From contig CAOJCG010000005.1 of NCBI GenBank assembly GCA_948356915.1, positions 29,147 to 93,146 of the forward strand: a DNA stretch of 64,000 nt, written 5' to 3'. The stretch comes from an uncultured Clostridiaceae bacterium (GTDB lineage Bacteria; Bacillota; Clostridia; TANB77; CAG-508). Below are positions 1-10,438 of the stretch, piece after piece. The notes below the pieces were generated by a model that made no database searches, was not told the DNA's origin, and was given only the letters and a program-made list of their open reading frames with translations. A program made the translations under genes and the position numbers. Each line of letters starts with the position of its first letter. Positions within the stretch are counted from its first letter, which is position 1.

Positions 1-33
1 ATCCGACATATGACTTCCGACTTCTGACATCTT
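1..33. repeat. Right arm of a heptad-built palindromic intergenic repeat (GACTTCY units), cut by the window edge
   Basis: ccgacatatgacttccgacttctgac resembles the right arms of the elements at 2878-3014, 4088-4162 and 5914-5991. Confidence 0.6.
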
Positions 34-53
34 AACAGGAGGTGAAAAGTAAA

Positions 54-2130
54 ATGGATACCCAAATGATGAAATACTTATTAATGCGGAGTAGCAGGTC
101 TATTTACAATAATAGTAATAGCATATGTAATTCTTCAAAAAAATAACAAAGAAAGAAAATACATAACAAGTTTGCAACAAGGAACAAAAAAATCAAAATT
201 TTCTTCAGAAGTTATGTATCAAAAACTATATCTATTTTACCTAAAAACACCTTTTATAAAAAGATATATACTAAAATTAAGAAGAAGACTAGAAATAATA
301 AATATAGATGACGAATATTTGACAAGACTTCAAGCAGCTAAAATATTAACAAGAACATTTTTAATAATAATACCAATAACAATAGCAATAATAGTACTAA
401 CTAAAAATAATATGCTATTAATGAGTATGTTATTAATATTTGAAATATTTATGTTAGATACATTCATAGATGGAATGGTAGATAAAATAGACAATAACTT
501 ATTAAAACAGCAAATAAACTTCTTTACAGAAATAAGACATGCCTATCATGAATTTAACATGGTAGAAGAAGCAATATACCAAACAGCACAAGATGATGAT
601 AACCCAGAAATGTCAAGACAAGCAGAAAAAATATATGAAGTACTAATATCAGATGACCCAGAATCAGAACTGGAAAAATATTATGATGTAGCACCAAATA
701 GCTATTTAAAAGAATTTGCAGGAGTATCATACTTAACAAAAGAATTTGGTGACAGAAAAGTAGATGGTGCATCACTATACTTGAAGAATTTAAACAACAT
801 AACACAAGAAATGCAACTAGAAATACTAAAAAGAGATAAATTAGATTATGTATTTCAAAGTTTGTCAGTAATAGCGATAGTACCTATGCTATGCTTAGAA
901 CCGATAAAAAATTGGGCAATATCTCAATTTAGCTTTGTAGAAGGTTTTTATAATGGAAAAAATGGAATGCTAGTACAAATATTAATATTACTTGCAACAT
1001 TCATATGTTATATACTTACAAGAAAACTAAAAGATAATGGTTCAACTGCAATGGATACCAAAAATACAGAAAATCCATGGCAAGAAAAATTGTATCGTAT
1101 AAAAATTATAAAAAAATTCGTAGACTTATTTGTGCCAAAAGATGGAACAACAGAGTTTAGAAAAATAAAAACTCTTATGAAAAATGCAGCAAGTAAGCAA
1201 AAGATAGAATGGATATATATAAATAAAATAGTACTTTGTGTAATTACATTTATAGTATCAGTAATCTTATTTAATCAGCTACATACCATAACAATAAATA
1301 ATGTATATACAGACCCAACAGTAACATATGACATTATAGGTGATATGGCAGAAAAAGATAAACGAAAAGCAATGGAAGTTACAGCTTCAGATAATGAATA
1401 TATAAAAAAATTCAAAGATAAAAGTGATTTAGAAGAAGCAGATATAATAAAAGACATGGAAAGAGGCAGAGTAAATAAAGACTATATAGATAGTACAGAT
1501 GGAGACAGAGAAATAGCAGCGGAAAGGATAATGAAAAAAATAGCCGTAATAAATAGTGAATATTTGGGATGGACAGAAATACTAGGAGCAATGGTATTAG
1601 CAATGGTGGCATATAACTGCCCAATACTAATGTTAATGTTCCAAGCAAAAATGAGAACGCTTGAAATGGAAGATGAAGTAATGCAATTCCAAACTATAAT
1701 ACTAATGCTTATGAGAATAGAAAGAGTAAATGTAGAAATAATACTAGAATGGTTAGAAAGATATGCAAACATATTCAAAGACCCATTAAGTAAATGTATA
1801 AACAACTATGAAGCAGGACCTTGGGAAGCATTAGAAGCAATGAAAGAAGACGTTACATATAATGACTTTATCAGAATAATAGAAAGTCTTCAAGCAGCAG
1901 TAGAAAAAATACCAATAAAAGATGCATTTGATGAGCTAGACACAGAAAGAGATTACTATCAAGCAAAAAGAAAAGAATCAAATGAAAGACTAATATCAAG
2001 AAAAGGAATGATAGGAAAAGCAATAGGCTTTACACCAATGGTATTACTATTTGTAGGATACCTAATTATACCACTAGTATTTATAGGACTAACAAGTATG
2101 ACGACATCATTTAAAGGAATAACAAGATAA
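54..2130 (+). CDS. Polytopic membrane protein, probable fused TadB/TadC (GspF-like) pilus platform protein; frame change at CGG 87-89
   Basis: AGGAGGTG SD plus ATG at 54. After 11 codons an in-frame CGG is followed, in the +1 frame, by an open frame encoding a TM helix (GVAGLFTIIVIAYVIL). That frame runs without stops into tracked ORF 172-2130, whose TTG start has no SD. Two GspF-like halves with TM segments. Sits at the head of a pilin-like gene cluster. Confidence 0.55.
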
Positions 2131-2137
2131 AAATTAG

Positions 2138-2183
2138 AGGTAGGGGCGATGATGGCATCGCCCGCTCTTTCTACGAAACTACC
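2138..2183. repeat. GTAGGGGCGA-type hairpin repeat, likely also the terminator
   Basis: gtaggggcgatgatggcatcgcccgc stem-loop immediately after the stop at 2130; the same head sequence recurs more than 12 times in the window. Confidence 0.7.
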
Positions 2184-2219
2184 TAAAATTTGATCTTTAA
2201 AATCCGAAAGGAGAAAAAT

Positions 2220-2873
2220 ATGGAAAATGCATCAAAAGCCTTAATAATGGCAGGAAGTATTCTAATTGCAATAATGGTAATATCACTATTAGTAATAGCA
2301 TATAACAACCTAACAGAAACAATGAATGCGAAAAATGATGAAGATGCCATAGAGCAGGTAATTGAATTTAATAAACAATATGATGTATATTATAGAAATA
2401 ACTTATATGGAAGTGATATTTTATCATTAGCCAATAAAGTAGCAGATTATAACGAAAGGCAATCAAAAGAACAAGGATATGCTATACTAGATATAGAAGT
2501 AACTTTTAAAAAAACAATAGATGCATACAATAGTGGAAAAATAATTGAAAAAAATAAGAAATATAACTCTAATGAGATGAAAGAAATAGCAGACGATTTA
2601 AATACCAAAATAGAAAGTTATAAGAAAGAAAAAGTAGCAGGAAAAACAATTCCATCACTGTCAGGACTAAGGTCAAATGAATTAGAAATATTATTAAAAG
2701 AAGCAGGCGTAACTTCAGAAGCAGAAAAAAGTAAAATACAAAATAAAATATACACGTATTTAGGATATAATTCAGCATTAACAAATCTAAAAAGTACTAC
2801 ATTCAAAGCTAAAAAATTCGAATATGATGATGTAACTAAAAGAATAACAAAAATGATATTTATAGAAAATTAA
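2220..2873 (+). CDS. Pilin-like protein, paralogue 1 (N-terminus MENASKALIMAG plus hydrophobic helix)
   Basis: SD aaaggag plus ATG 2220. The N-terminal motif M-E-N-A-[ST]-[KR]-A-L-I followed by about 20 hydrophobic residues is shared with ORFs at 3045, 4191 and 4644. Confidence 0.6.
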   Translation: MENASKALIMAGSILIAIMVISLLVIAYNNLTETMNAKNDEDAIEQVIEFNKQYDVYYRNNLYGSDILSLANKVADYNERQSKEQGYAILDIEVTFKKTIDAYNSGKIIEKNKKYNSNEMKEIADDLNTKIESYKKEKVAGKTIPSLSGLRSNELEILLKEAGVTSEAEKSKIQNKIYTYLGYNSALTNLKSTTFKAKKFEYDDVTKRITKMIFIEN

Positions 2874-2877
2874 GGAA

Positions 2878-3014
2878 AGAAGACAGAAGTCGGAAGTCGG
2901 AAGTTAGATGTCAGAAGTCAGAATATGAGTAATTCCTTCGAAGAATTTACTTATATTCCGACCTCTGACCGCCGACCTCCGATCTCAAATGCAGACCTCT
3001 TAGACTCGACATCC
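2878..3014. repeat. Long imperfect palindrome built from RGAAGTC heptads, centred on ttcgaa
   Basis: agaagtcggaagtcggaagttagatgtcagaagtcaga ... tccgacctctgaccgccgacctccgatct; the arms are mutually complementary. Confidence 0.85.
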
Positions 3015-3044
3015 AATAACTAAAACTTGAAAGGAGAAAGAAAA

Positions 3045-3566
3045 ATGGAAAACGCATCAAAAGCTTTAATAATAGCAGCAAGTGTATTATTAGGATTAAT
3101 GATAGTATCTGTTGGTGTAGTTCTATTCAAATCCTTTGGAGGCTTTAGCAGAGAAATAGCTACTGAAATACAAAAAAAGCAAATAGCAGAATTTAATGCA
3201 CAATTTTTAAAATATGAAGGAAAAAGTTTTAATAGTGTGACAAACCAAAATGAAATAATAAAAATAACAACACATGATATAGTAACACTTGCAAACTTAG
3301 CTCAAAAAAACAATATAGAATATGAACTAACTAATCAAACTCAAAGTAAAAAGAAAGATGAAAATACATATTATGTGCAAATAAATTTAGAAGAAGGAAC
3401 AAACAAAAATAGAAATTTAGAAAAATGGACAGAAAAAGAACTTACAAATTTTATTAAAGAAAATAATATGACTGGGAATAATCAAACAAAATATTATTAT
3501 ATAAATAATATAGTAATTAGCAATATAACAGGGAGAGTTACATATGTAGAAATAAAACTATACTAA
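3045..3566 (+). CDS. Pilin-like protein, paralogue 2 (MENASKALIIAAS...)
   Basis: SD aaaggagaaag plus ATG 3045; same N-terminal motif; divergent C-terminal domain. Confidence 0.6.
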   Translation: MENASKALIIAASVLLGLMIVSVGVVLFKSFGGFSREIATEIQKKQIAEFNAQFLKYEGKSFNSVTNQNEIIKITTHDIVTLANLAQKNNIEYELTNQTQSKKKDENTYYVQINLEEGTNKNRNLEKWTEKELTNFIKENNMTGNNQTKYYYINNIVISNITGRVTYVEIKLY

Positions 3567-3640
3567 AAATATGTAAAAAAGTAATAATTTACATTTGCAA
3601 AAAATATATAATAATGTTATAATAAAAAGGAACATGTAAT

Positions 3641-4069
3641 ATGAAAAAGTTTTTTATAATAATAAGTATTATAATATTAATAATACTAGCAGTTGTTACC
3701 TATAAATATAATTCATATAGAACAAATGAATTAAGAACAGAAAAACTAAACCGTGAATATGAAGTATTTACAGAAGGGGAAATATTAGGAACATCACTTA
3801 TAACAATAATAAACAAAGCAGTAGATAGCAACGAAAAAAACGAAATAAATACAGACGATAACAATATGTACATAGAAAATGACACTACATCAATAAAAAT
3901 AGAAGTAAAATTTTTAGAAGCTGAAAACACATTTCCAATGGAAAGAATACAAAAGTTAGGCTCTGAAGAATTTATAAAAAACTATGCAGTGATGAATTTT
4001 AAATGTACAAAAAAAGAATATCATAAAAAAACAAATAATATAAAATATATGTTATTTGAACAAATTTAG
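3641..4069 (+). CDS. Small N-terminally anchored protein of the pilus-like locus
   Basis: 142-aa ORF with a single N-terminal TM helix, co-oriented within the cluster. Confidence 0.5.
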   Translation: MKKFFIIISIIILIILAVVTYKYNSYRTNELRTEKLNREYEVFTEGEILGTSLITIINKAVDSNEKNEINTDDNNMYIENDTTSIKIEVKFLEAENTFPMERIQKLGSEEFIKNYAVMNFKCTKKEYHKKTNNIKYMLFEQI

Positions 4070-4087
4070 TTATTAATTTTTTAAAAG

Positions 4088-4162
4088 AAGATAGAAGTCA
4101 GAATATAAGCAATTTCTTCGAAGTAATTACTTAATTTTCCGACCTCTGACATCAGACTTCTA
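4088..4162. repeat. Heptad-built palindromic repeat (GAAGTCA / TGACTTC arms)
   Basis: agaagtcagaatataagcaatttcttcgaagtaattacttaattttccgacctctgacatcagacttct. Confidence 0.85.
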
Positions 4163-4190
4163 ATATATAAAAACAAAGGAGGAATTTATT

Positions 4191-4598
4191 ATGGAGAACG
4201 CATCAAAAGCATTAATTATAGCAGGTGCAATTTTATTAGCAATATTAATTATAGGGTTAGGAATGATGGTATTTAACAATGCAAAAAATGCATTAACATC
4301 AGCAAATTTAGATCAAGAGCAAATAGACGCTTTTAATTCAAAATTTGAATCATACATAGGAGATAATAAAAGAGGAACAGATGTAAGAACTTTATGTAGT
4401 ACAGTAAGTTCTAGTAATGCAACAGAATCAGAAGATGAATACAAAATAACAATAGTATATGAAGGAAAGAATTATAAAACCCAAAGTGAATTAATAACAT
4501 TAAGAGACTTAATAAAAAATGGATTACGTTATGAACTTACAGCAACTTTTAATGATAACACACATTTAATAAGTATTATAACTATAACTAAAAAATAA
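4191..4598 (+). CDS. Pilin-like protein, paralogue 3 (MENASKALIIAGA...)
   Basis: SD aaaggagg plus ATG; shared N-terminal motif. Confidence 0.6.
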   Translation: MENASKALIIAGAILLAILIIGLGMMVFNNAKNALTSANLDQEQIDAFNSKFESYIGDNKRGTDVRTLCSTVSSSNATESEDEYKITIVYEGKNYKTQSELITLRDLIKNGLRYELTATFNDNTHLISIITITKK

Positions 4599-4643
4599 AT
4601 TCACACTGATTTAATAATAACTAAGAATTAGGAAAAGAAAGCT

Positions 4644-5366
4644 ATGGAAAATGCTACACGAGCCTTAATTATGGCATTTGCAGTTTTTATATTTGTAATA
4701 GCATTAACAGTATCAATGGTTTCATTAAATAGTGTAAAAAGGGTATCAGATGCCATACTTTACACGAAAGATGAAACCAACTATTATACATATACAGATG
4801 TAAAAGGTAAAGCTGCACAAAATAGAATAGTTGGTTTAGAAACAATAATACCAACATTATATAAATATTATAAAGAAAATTATACAGTTGTATTTAAAGA
4901 AGCAAAATATGATTATGACACAGGAAATTTTATAGGAGAATGGAAATACTTACCTGTTTATAAAACAGTTTCAGATAGAAACTGGGAATTAAGTTCATAT
5001 GAAAAATTAATAAAAGAAAAGTATAAGGAAGTAAGTCCAAGTACTGAAATATTTTCATTTGATATAGACGAAGAAACTTTAAGACATGAACCATGGACAG
5101 GTAGTGAAGATAAAGTAAAAGAAAACATAGGTTGCTTTTTAAATGGAACAGAATATAAAAACCCAAATAATGGAGTAAGATATAAAAATTATTCAGATAG
5201 TCCATTAGGAATAGGTGGCTTTATAGGAAAATATGGAAACGATAAATTTGTTGAAACAATTGAAGAATATAAATATAAAAGTACACAAACAGATCACTCA
5301 ACAATAAGTAGTTTAACAAAGGAAAAAACAAAAAGAATGATAATATTTACACATATAATAAATTAA
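4644..5366 (+). CDS. Pilin-like protein, paralogue 4 (MENATRALIMAFA...)
   Basis: Shared N-terminal motif, 240 aa. Confidence 0.55.
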   Translation: MENATRALIMAFAVFIFVIALTVSMVSLNSVKRVSDAILYTKDETNYYTYTDVKGKAAQNRIVGLETIIPTLYKYYKENYTVVFKEAKYDYDTGNFIGEWKYLPVYKTVSDRNWELSSYEKLIKEKYKEVSPSTEIFSFDIDEETLRHEPWTGSEDKVKENIGCFLNGTEYKNPNNGVRYKNYSDSPLGIGGFIGKYGNDKFVETIEEYKYKSTQTDHSTISSLTKEKTKRMIIFTHIIN

Positions 5367-5381
5367 TAAAGGAGGAAAAAA

Positions 5382-5912
5382 ATGGGAGATAGTTTAATAA
5401 CAATTGTAGCAATATTTTTAGCAGCAGTATTAATGTTTATATTTCCATTAATGGCAATGTCAGAAAGAACAGATGATGTAGCACAACTTGCAGTACAAAC
5501 AGCAACAACAGATTTTGTAGACAGTGTTAGATCAACAGGAAAACTAACTCTAGATGACTACGAAAAATACATGCAAACTATAGCCTCAACAGGAAATTCC
5601 TTTGATGTAGATGTAGAAATTAAAATATTAGATGAAAATCCTGGAGTTAAAACTACACAAGCAGAAATGACAAAAATAGGTGAAAACTTATACTATCATT
5701 TATACACAAGCCAAGTATTAGAAAAACTAGAAAATGATGGTAGAATAACATTAAAAGAAGGAGATATGGTTTCTACAACAGTAAAAAACACAAATAGAAC
5801 AATATCACAAATACTAAAAAACTTTTTCTATCAAATAGCAGGAAACGATACATACCAAATAGCAGCACAAAATGCTGGAATAGTTAGTGTAAATGGAAGT
5901 AAAAATAAATAA
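5382..5912 (+). CDS. N-terminally anchored protein, possible TadE-like minor pilin or assembly protein
   Basis: SD aaggagg plus ATG; N-terminal hydrophobic helix then a soluble domain; locus context. Confidence 0.45.
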   Translation: MGDSLITIVAIFLAAVLMFIFPLMAMSERTDDVAQLAVQTATTDFVDSVRSTGKLTLDDYEKYMQTIASTGNSFDVDVEIKILDENPGVKTTQAEMTKIGENLYYHLYTSQVLEKLENDGRITLKEGDMVSTTVKNTNRTISQILKNFFYQIAGNDTYQIAAQNAGIVSVNGSKNK

Positions 5913-5913
5913 A

Positions 5914-5991
5914 TTAGAAGTCAGAGGTCAGATATCAGAGGTCAGAATTTTAATATTTCTGACTTCTGACTTCCGACCCCTGACTTCTAAT
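5914..5991. repeat. Heptad-built palindromic repeat
   Basis: agaagtcagaggtcagatatcagaggtcagaattttaatatttctgacttctgacttccgacccctgacttct. Confidence 0.85.
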
Positions 5992-6072
5992 TTTATACAA
6001 TAGAAAAAATCGATTTGAAATTTAAACAAATCAGAAACATTTCCAACCTCTAACTTCCATTAAGAAAGGAAA

Positions 6073-7875
6073 GTGAAAATGAAACTACAACATTTAGCAA
6101 TAATATTTATTATAATCATTTTGCCAATATCACTAGTAATTGGTGAATACATACAAGCACAAATAGATACAATATACATACAAACTGGGTATAGCAAAAG
6201 GCTTCAAGATGCAACATATGACGCAATGAAAGCATTTCAACTAAATACTATAAACAATAAATATTCAAGCATAAGTGACTCGAAAATAAGAGACATAGAA
6301 GCATCAATAAATACATTTTATAACTCATTAGGAACAGCAATGGGTGCAAGTGGTTATGATAAAGACACTTTAAAAGAATATATTCCAGCAATAGTATATA
6401 CAATGTATGATGGTTACTATATATATGGTAAATATTTTAATTATCAGCTTGGAACAAATGGAGAATATCAATATGGACTAAAACCATATATATATTATTC
6501 ATGTAGATATAATGCAGGCTCAAAAGACTTTATAGTAAACTATACATTAGACAATAGTATAACAATATATGGAAAAGTAAATGATACAGAAGGATATGTT
6601 ACAAAGTCAGGATATCTGATTGATTATAATTTATTAGGAAATGAGGAAGAATGGGTTACATATAAAAGAGGTACAGTAACAATAAATTATCCAACGAAAG
6701 TAAAATATGGTGATATATATATAGAAAAAGAAATTTTAACAGAACAATTAATAACAGTTAATGATGAGGGAGAAGCAAGTAAACCAACAAATTACGAATA
6801 TACAGAGTATAAAAATCAAAAAATATATAAAGAAAACGGACAAAATAAATATTTCTATTATAAGAATAATAAAAAAGAAGAAGTATCAGATGAAGGAAAA
6901 CTATTAAAAGACTCAGATGTAACAGAACTAAGATATGCTGAAACTATGACTATAGATGGACATTTATATAATAATAGTGCTGTAGAATATTACGCTAAAG
7001 CAAAGGAATTTAGTAAATGGGTAGAAGATAATATAGGAAATATTAAGCAATCAGATGCAATTGACTCAAATGGAAAGAAAATAACTGACTTTGCTGTAAA
7101 TATAGGAGATAAAAAAATATTTAATTTTAAGGATAATGACCCTTTAGCAGATGGTTCAACATTTAATGAACACAGAATGAGTGTAATAAGAAAATCAATA
7201 GAAACAAACCTAACATCAGCAATCGCAAACTACAATGTAGGCTCAGCAGGAACATATGAATTCCAAATGCCAATTTTTACAGAAAGTGATTGGGAAAAAC
7301 TATTAAACAATATATCAATAGCAGTATTTATGCAAGGAATGCCAATAAAAGCAAAATTCTTTAATAACTATTGTATAATAACAAACAATAAAAACGAAGA
7401 AGTAGTAACAAATGAATCAATATATATGTTAACAAACGAAAATGGAAATATAATAGCACATTTGCCAGGGTGTAAAGAGCTAGTAAATAATCAGGATAAA
7501 ATAATAGGTGTAGCAGGAACAATAAAAGAAGAAAATTGTAAAGCAGCAGGTTATAATATAATAGACTTTGAAAGACAAACATTAGTAGGAGACTATATAA
7601 TAAAAAAAGATGATGGAACAGTAGAAATGCCAGAAAATAGAGAAATACACTATTATCCTCAGGGCTATCAAAAATGTTATAATTGTATAGTAAATGCATC
7701 AGTAAATTATGATACAAACGATATAATAAAAGGAAAATTAAAACAATATGATAAAAATACAGATGAATATAAAGAAATAAACACAGATATAACAATATTA
7801 AGAACCAAATATTTAACTGTACTTGCAAGAGAACGCTATAATCTATATAGAACAAATTCACAATTTAATTGGTAA
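6073..7875 (+). CDS. Large (600 aa) N-terminally anchored protein, last gene of the pilus-like locus
   Basis: Long ORF with one N-terminal TM. ATG 6079 has better SD spacing than GTG 6073. Confidence 0.5.
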   Translation: MKMKLQHLAIIFIIIILPISLVIGEYIQAQIDTIYIQTGYSKRLQDATYDAMKAFQLNTINNKYSSISDSKIRDIEASINTFYNSLGTAMGASGYDKDTLKEYIPAIVYTMYDGYYIYGKYFNYQLGTNGEYQYGLKPYIYYSCRYNAGSKDFIVNYTLDNSITIYGKVNDTEGYVTKSGYLIDYNLLGNEEEWVTYKRGTVTINYPTKVKYGDIYIEKEILTEQLITVNDEGEASKPTNYEYTEYKNQKIYKENGQNKYFYYKNNKKEEVSDEGKLLKDSDVTELRYAETMTIDGHLYNNSAVEYYAKAKEFSKWVEDNIGNIKQSDAIDSNGKKITDFAVNIGDKKIFNFKDNDPLADGSTFNEHRMSVIRKSIETNLTSAIANYNVGSAGTYEFQMPIFTESDWEKLLNNISIAVFMQGMPIKAKFFNNYCIITNNKNEEVVTNESIYMLTNENGNIIAHLPGCKELVNNQDKIIGVAGTIKEENCKAAGYNIIDFERQTLVGDYIIKKDDGTVEMPENREIHYYPQGYQKCYNCIVNASVNYDTNDIIKGKLKQYDKNTDEYKEINTDITILRTKYLTVLARERYNLYRTNSQFNW

Positions 7876-7962
7876 AAACATAAAATGTAGCATATATAAT
7901 TAATTATATAAAATACATGAAAAAGAAGGTACAAGGCTAAAAAATCTGTATCTTTAAAAGGA

Positions 7963-8934
7963 ATGAGATTAAATATGGAAAACAAAAAAGTAGTTATATT
8001 AGGAGGAGGAACAGGTCTATCAACATTACTAAGAGGGCTTAAAAATTTTCCACTAAATATAACAGCAGTAGTATCAGTTTCAGATGATGGAAAAAGCACA
8101 GGGAGGCTAAGAAAGGAATTCAACATTCCAGCAGTAGGAGATGTAAGAAGAGTATTAGTATCACTTGCAGAAATAGAACCATTAGTAGAAAAAGTACTAA
8201 ACTATAGGTTTAATACAAACAGTGAGTTAAATGGTCATACAGTAGGAAACTTACTACTAACAGCAATGACAAATATAACAGGAAACATGTCAGATGGAAT
8301 AGAGCAAATAGGAAAGGTATTAAACTTAAAAGGAAAAGTATTACCATTAACAGAAGATAATGTAACACTAATGGGAAAAATGGAAGATGGCACTATAATA
8401 GAAGGAGAACACAACATAACAGAAGCAGGGAAAAAAATAGAAGAAGTATTCTATAAAGAAAAGCCAGTAATATGTCAAAGTGTAATAGATGAACTAAAAG
8501 AGGCAGACTTAATAATATTTAGTATGGGAAGCTTATATACAAGTATAATACCAAACTTAATAAGCAAAGAAGTAATAAAAGCAATAGATGAATCAAATGC
8601 AAAACTAATGTATACCTGCAATATGATGACACAACCTGGAGAAACAGATGGATATACAATATCAGATCACATACAAGTATTAAATAAATATTTAGGAAGC
8701 AAAAAAATAAATGCAGTAGTAGTAAATAACGGAAGAATAGATAAAGATATAATAGAAAAATACTCAAGCCTAGAGCAAAAAGACCAAATAAATTTAACAG
8801 AAAAACAAAAAGAAGAAATCAAAAAAATGGGTGTAAAAATAATAAAAAACAACTATGTAATAGTAGAAGATGAATTAATAAGGCATAATTCAATAAAACT
8901 AGCAACAGATATTTTTACATATTTAATGAAATAG
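7963..8934 (+). CDS. yvcK: YvcK / CofD-family gluconeogenesis factor (UPF0052)
   Basis: N-terminal VVILGGGTGLSTLLRGLK and VVSVSDDGKSTGRLR motifs typical of the family. The start could instead be ATG 7975. Confidence 0.85.
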   Translation: MRLNMENKKVVILGGGTGLSTLLRGLKNFPLNITAVVSVSDDGKSTGRLRKEFNIPAVGDVRRVLVSLAEIEPLVEKVLNYRFNTNSELNGHTVGNLLLTAMTNITGNMSDGIEQIGKVLNLKGKVLPLTEDNVTLMGKMEDGTIIEGEHNITEAGKKIEEVFYKEKPVICQSVIDELKEADLIIFSMGSLYTSIIPNLISKEVIKAIDESNAKLMYTCNMMTQPGETDGYTISDHIQVLNKYLGSKKINAVVVNNGRIDKDIIEKYSSLEQKDQINLTEKQKEEIKKMGVKIIKNNYVIVEDELIRHNSIKLATDIFTYLMK

Positions 8935-8963
8935 TTACATTTTCCTTTTGTGACATATCAAAC

Positions 8964-9009
8964 AAAAAACAGAACTGTATATGTACAATAAATAACAGTT
9001 CTGTTTTTC
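8964..9009 (+). terminator. Rho-independent terminator after yvcK
   Basis: aaaaacagaactgt ... acagttctgttttt. Confidence 0.8.
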
Positions 9010-9090
9010 ATATGTAGTATAATTTTAAAAGTCAAGAAGTAAAATATAGAAAAATGTCGAAAACTTATTTGTAAAAAATAAAAAAATGTA

Positions 9091-9119
9091 TTGACATAAA
9101 ATTATGATAAAGATATAAT
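9091..9119 (+). promoter_or_regulatory. Sigma-A type promoter
   Basis: TTGACA, 17-nt spacer, TATAAT, upstream of the TA pair. Confidence 0.7.
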
Positions 9120-9163
9120 AATGGAAAATGTAAGTACTAACTATAAAATAATGGAGGTATTGT

Positions 9164-9325
9164 ATGATAAAATTTAGTGAAGAAGAAAAGAAAGAAATCG
9201 ATGAAAAATTAAGAAAAGCGAGAGAATTACAATTAAGAAATGGAAATAGAATGTATAGTACAGAAGAAGTATTAGAAGCAGTTAACAAAGTACTAAAAGG
9301 AGAATATAAATATATACGAAATTAA
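9164..9325 (+). CDS. Small antitoxin-like protein (53 aa)
   Basis: SD atggagg plus ATG 9164; K/E-rich 53-aa ORF (below the track cutoff); overlaps the upstream extension of the toxin frame. Confidence 0.5.
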   Translation: MIKFSEEEKKEIDEKLRKARELQLRNGNRMYSTEEVLEAVNKVLKGEYKYIRN

Positions 9326-9365
9326 ATATCTAAATCAAGCATATTATGATATTATAGATACTGCT

Positions 9366-9593
9366 ATGTACATATACTATGAACTTTGTAATCCACAAGC
9401 AGCTAATCGATTTATTAACAATATATTTGCTAAAATTTCCATATTACAATATTTCCCACGTATAGGAAGCATTTACGAAGGTAACAAAGAAAGATTTTTA
9501 ATCTATAAAAATTTTTTAATCTTTTATGAAATCCAAGAAAGCGAAAAGATAATTGAAATATTAACAGTAATACATAGAAAAAGAAATTATTAA
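9366..9593 (+). CDS. ParE/RelE-family toxin
   Basis: Size and sequence pattern of ParE toxins. The open frame with toxin-like sequence (YEIKYLNQAYYDIIDTA) extends upstream to about 9312 without a canonical start. Confidence 0.6.
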   Translation: MYIYYELCNPQAANRFINNIFAKISILQYFPRIGSIYEGNKERFLIYKNFLIFYEIQESEKIIEILTVIHRKRNY

Positions 9594-9688
9594 TTTATAC
9601 TTTTTCATTTATTAATTATGCCTGAAAATATAAAAAGTAACCAAAAAGAAAGACCTAAAATATAATATCATAGGAGGCGAAAGTTTTA

Positions 9689-10042
9689 ATGGGAGAATTT
9701 ATATTAAATGCTATATTATGGACACTTGCATTATATGGAGCTTTTGAAATTATAAAAACAATAATAAATATATATACATATACAAATTTAAAATCAGACG
9801 GTATATACGTAATAATTGCCGTAAAGAACCAAGAAAACAAAATAGAGGGCTTCTTAAGAAACTTTCTATTTAGAATAATATATGGAAAAGAAGAAAGCAT
9901 AAAAGACATAATAATAGCAGACTTAGATTCAACAGATGAGACAGTAGAGATATTAAATAAATTAGCAAATGATTATGAGGGGTTAAAAGTTACTAATTGG
10001 AGGGAGTGTAAAGAGGTTATAGAGAGTATTAAGAATGTGTAG
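9689..10042 (+). CDS. Hypothetical membrane-anchored protein
   Basis: 117-aa ORF with an N-terminal TM. Confidence 0.5.
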   Translation: MGEFILNAILWTLALYGAFEIIKTIINIYTYTNLKSDGIYVIIAVKNQENKIEGFLRNFLFRIIYGKEESIKDIIIADLDSTDETVEILNKLANDYEGLKVTNWRECKEVIESIKNV

Positions 10043-10245
10043 GTTCCAATTGGGGACGTTTCCTAATGGGAAATCTGTCACTTTTGGGAACATCATGGGA
10101 ATATGGTAACTAGTCAGTAGTTAGTATAAAATGCAATTTATAATAATAGATTGTAGGGGCGATTTTTTCTTAGTTCTTCGAGCGACAGCGAGTTAGAAAT
10201 AAGTTATGCTTTAGTATAATCGACCCTACACTTCTGGGTAAAGCC
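10042..10245. repeat. Composite intergenic repeats: GGGGACGTTTCC element plus a GTAGGGGCGA hairpin
   Basis: ttccaattggggacgtttcctaatggg at 10043; gtaggggcgatt...aatcgaccctac at 10151-10230. Confidence 0.8.
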
Positions 10246-10438
10246 TTTGTAGGTATATTACAATTTTGTAATATTTTATGAAATTACCCTGTAAAAATTA
10301 AAAGAAAGGTTGTAACTGTTTGCATTTTTTGATATACTTAGAGGAAAATGAGACTATATAATATGAATACTACTTTTTAATGAATAATGAATAGTTAATA
10401 GTACAAATTCTTAGAATTTGAAGAAAAGAGGACGTTTT

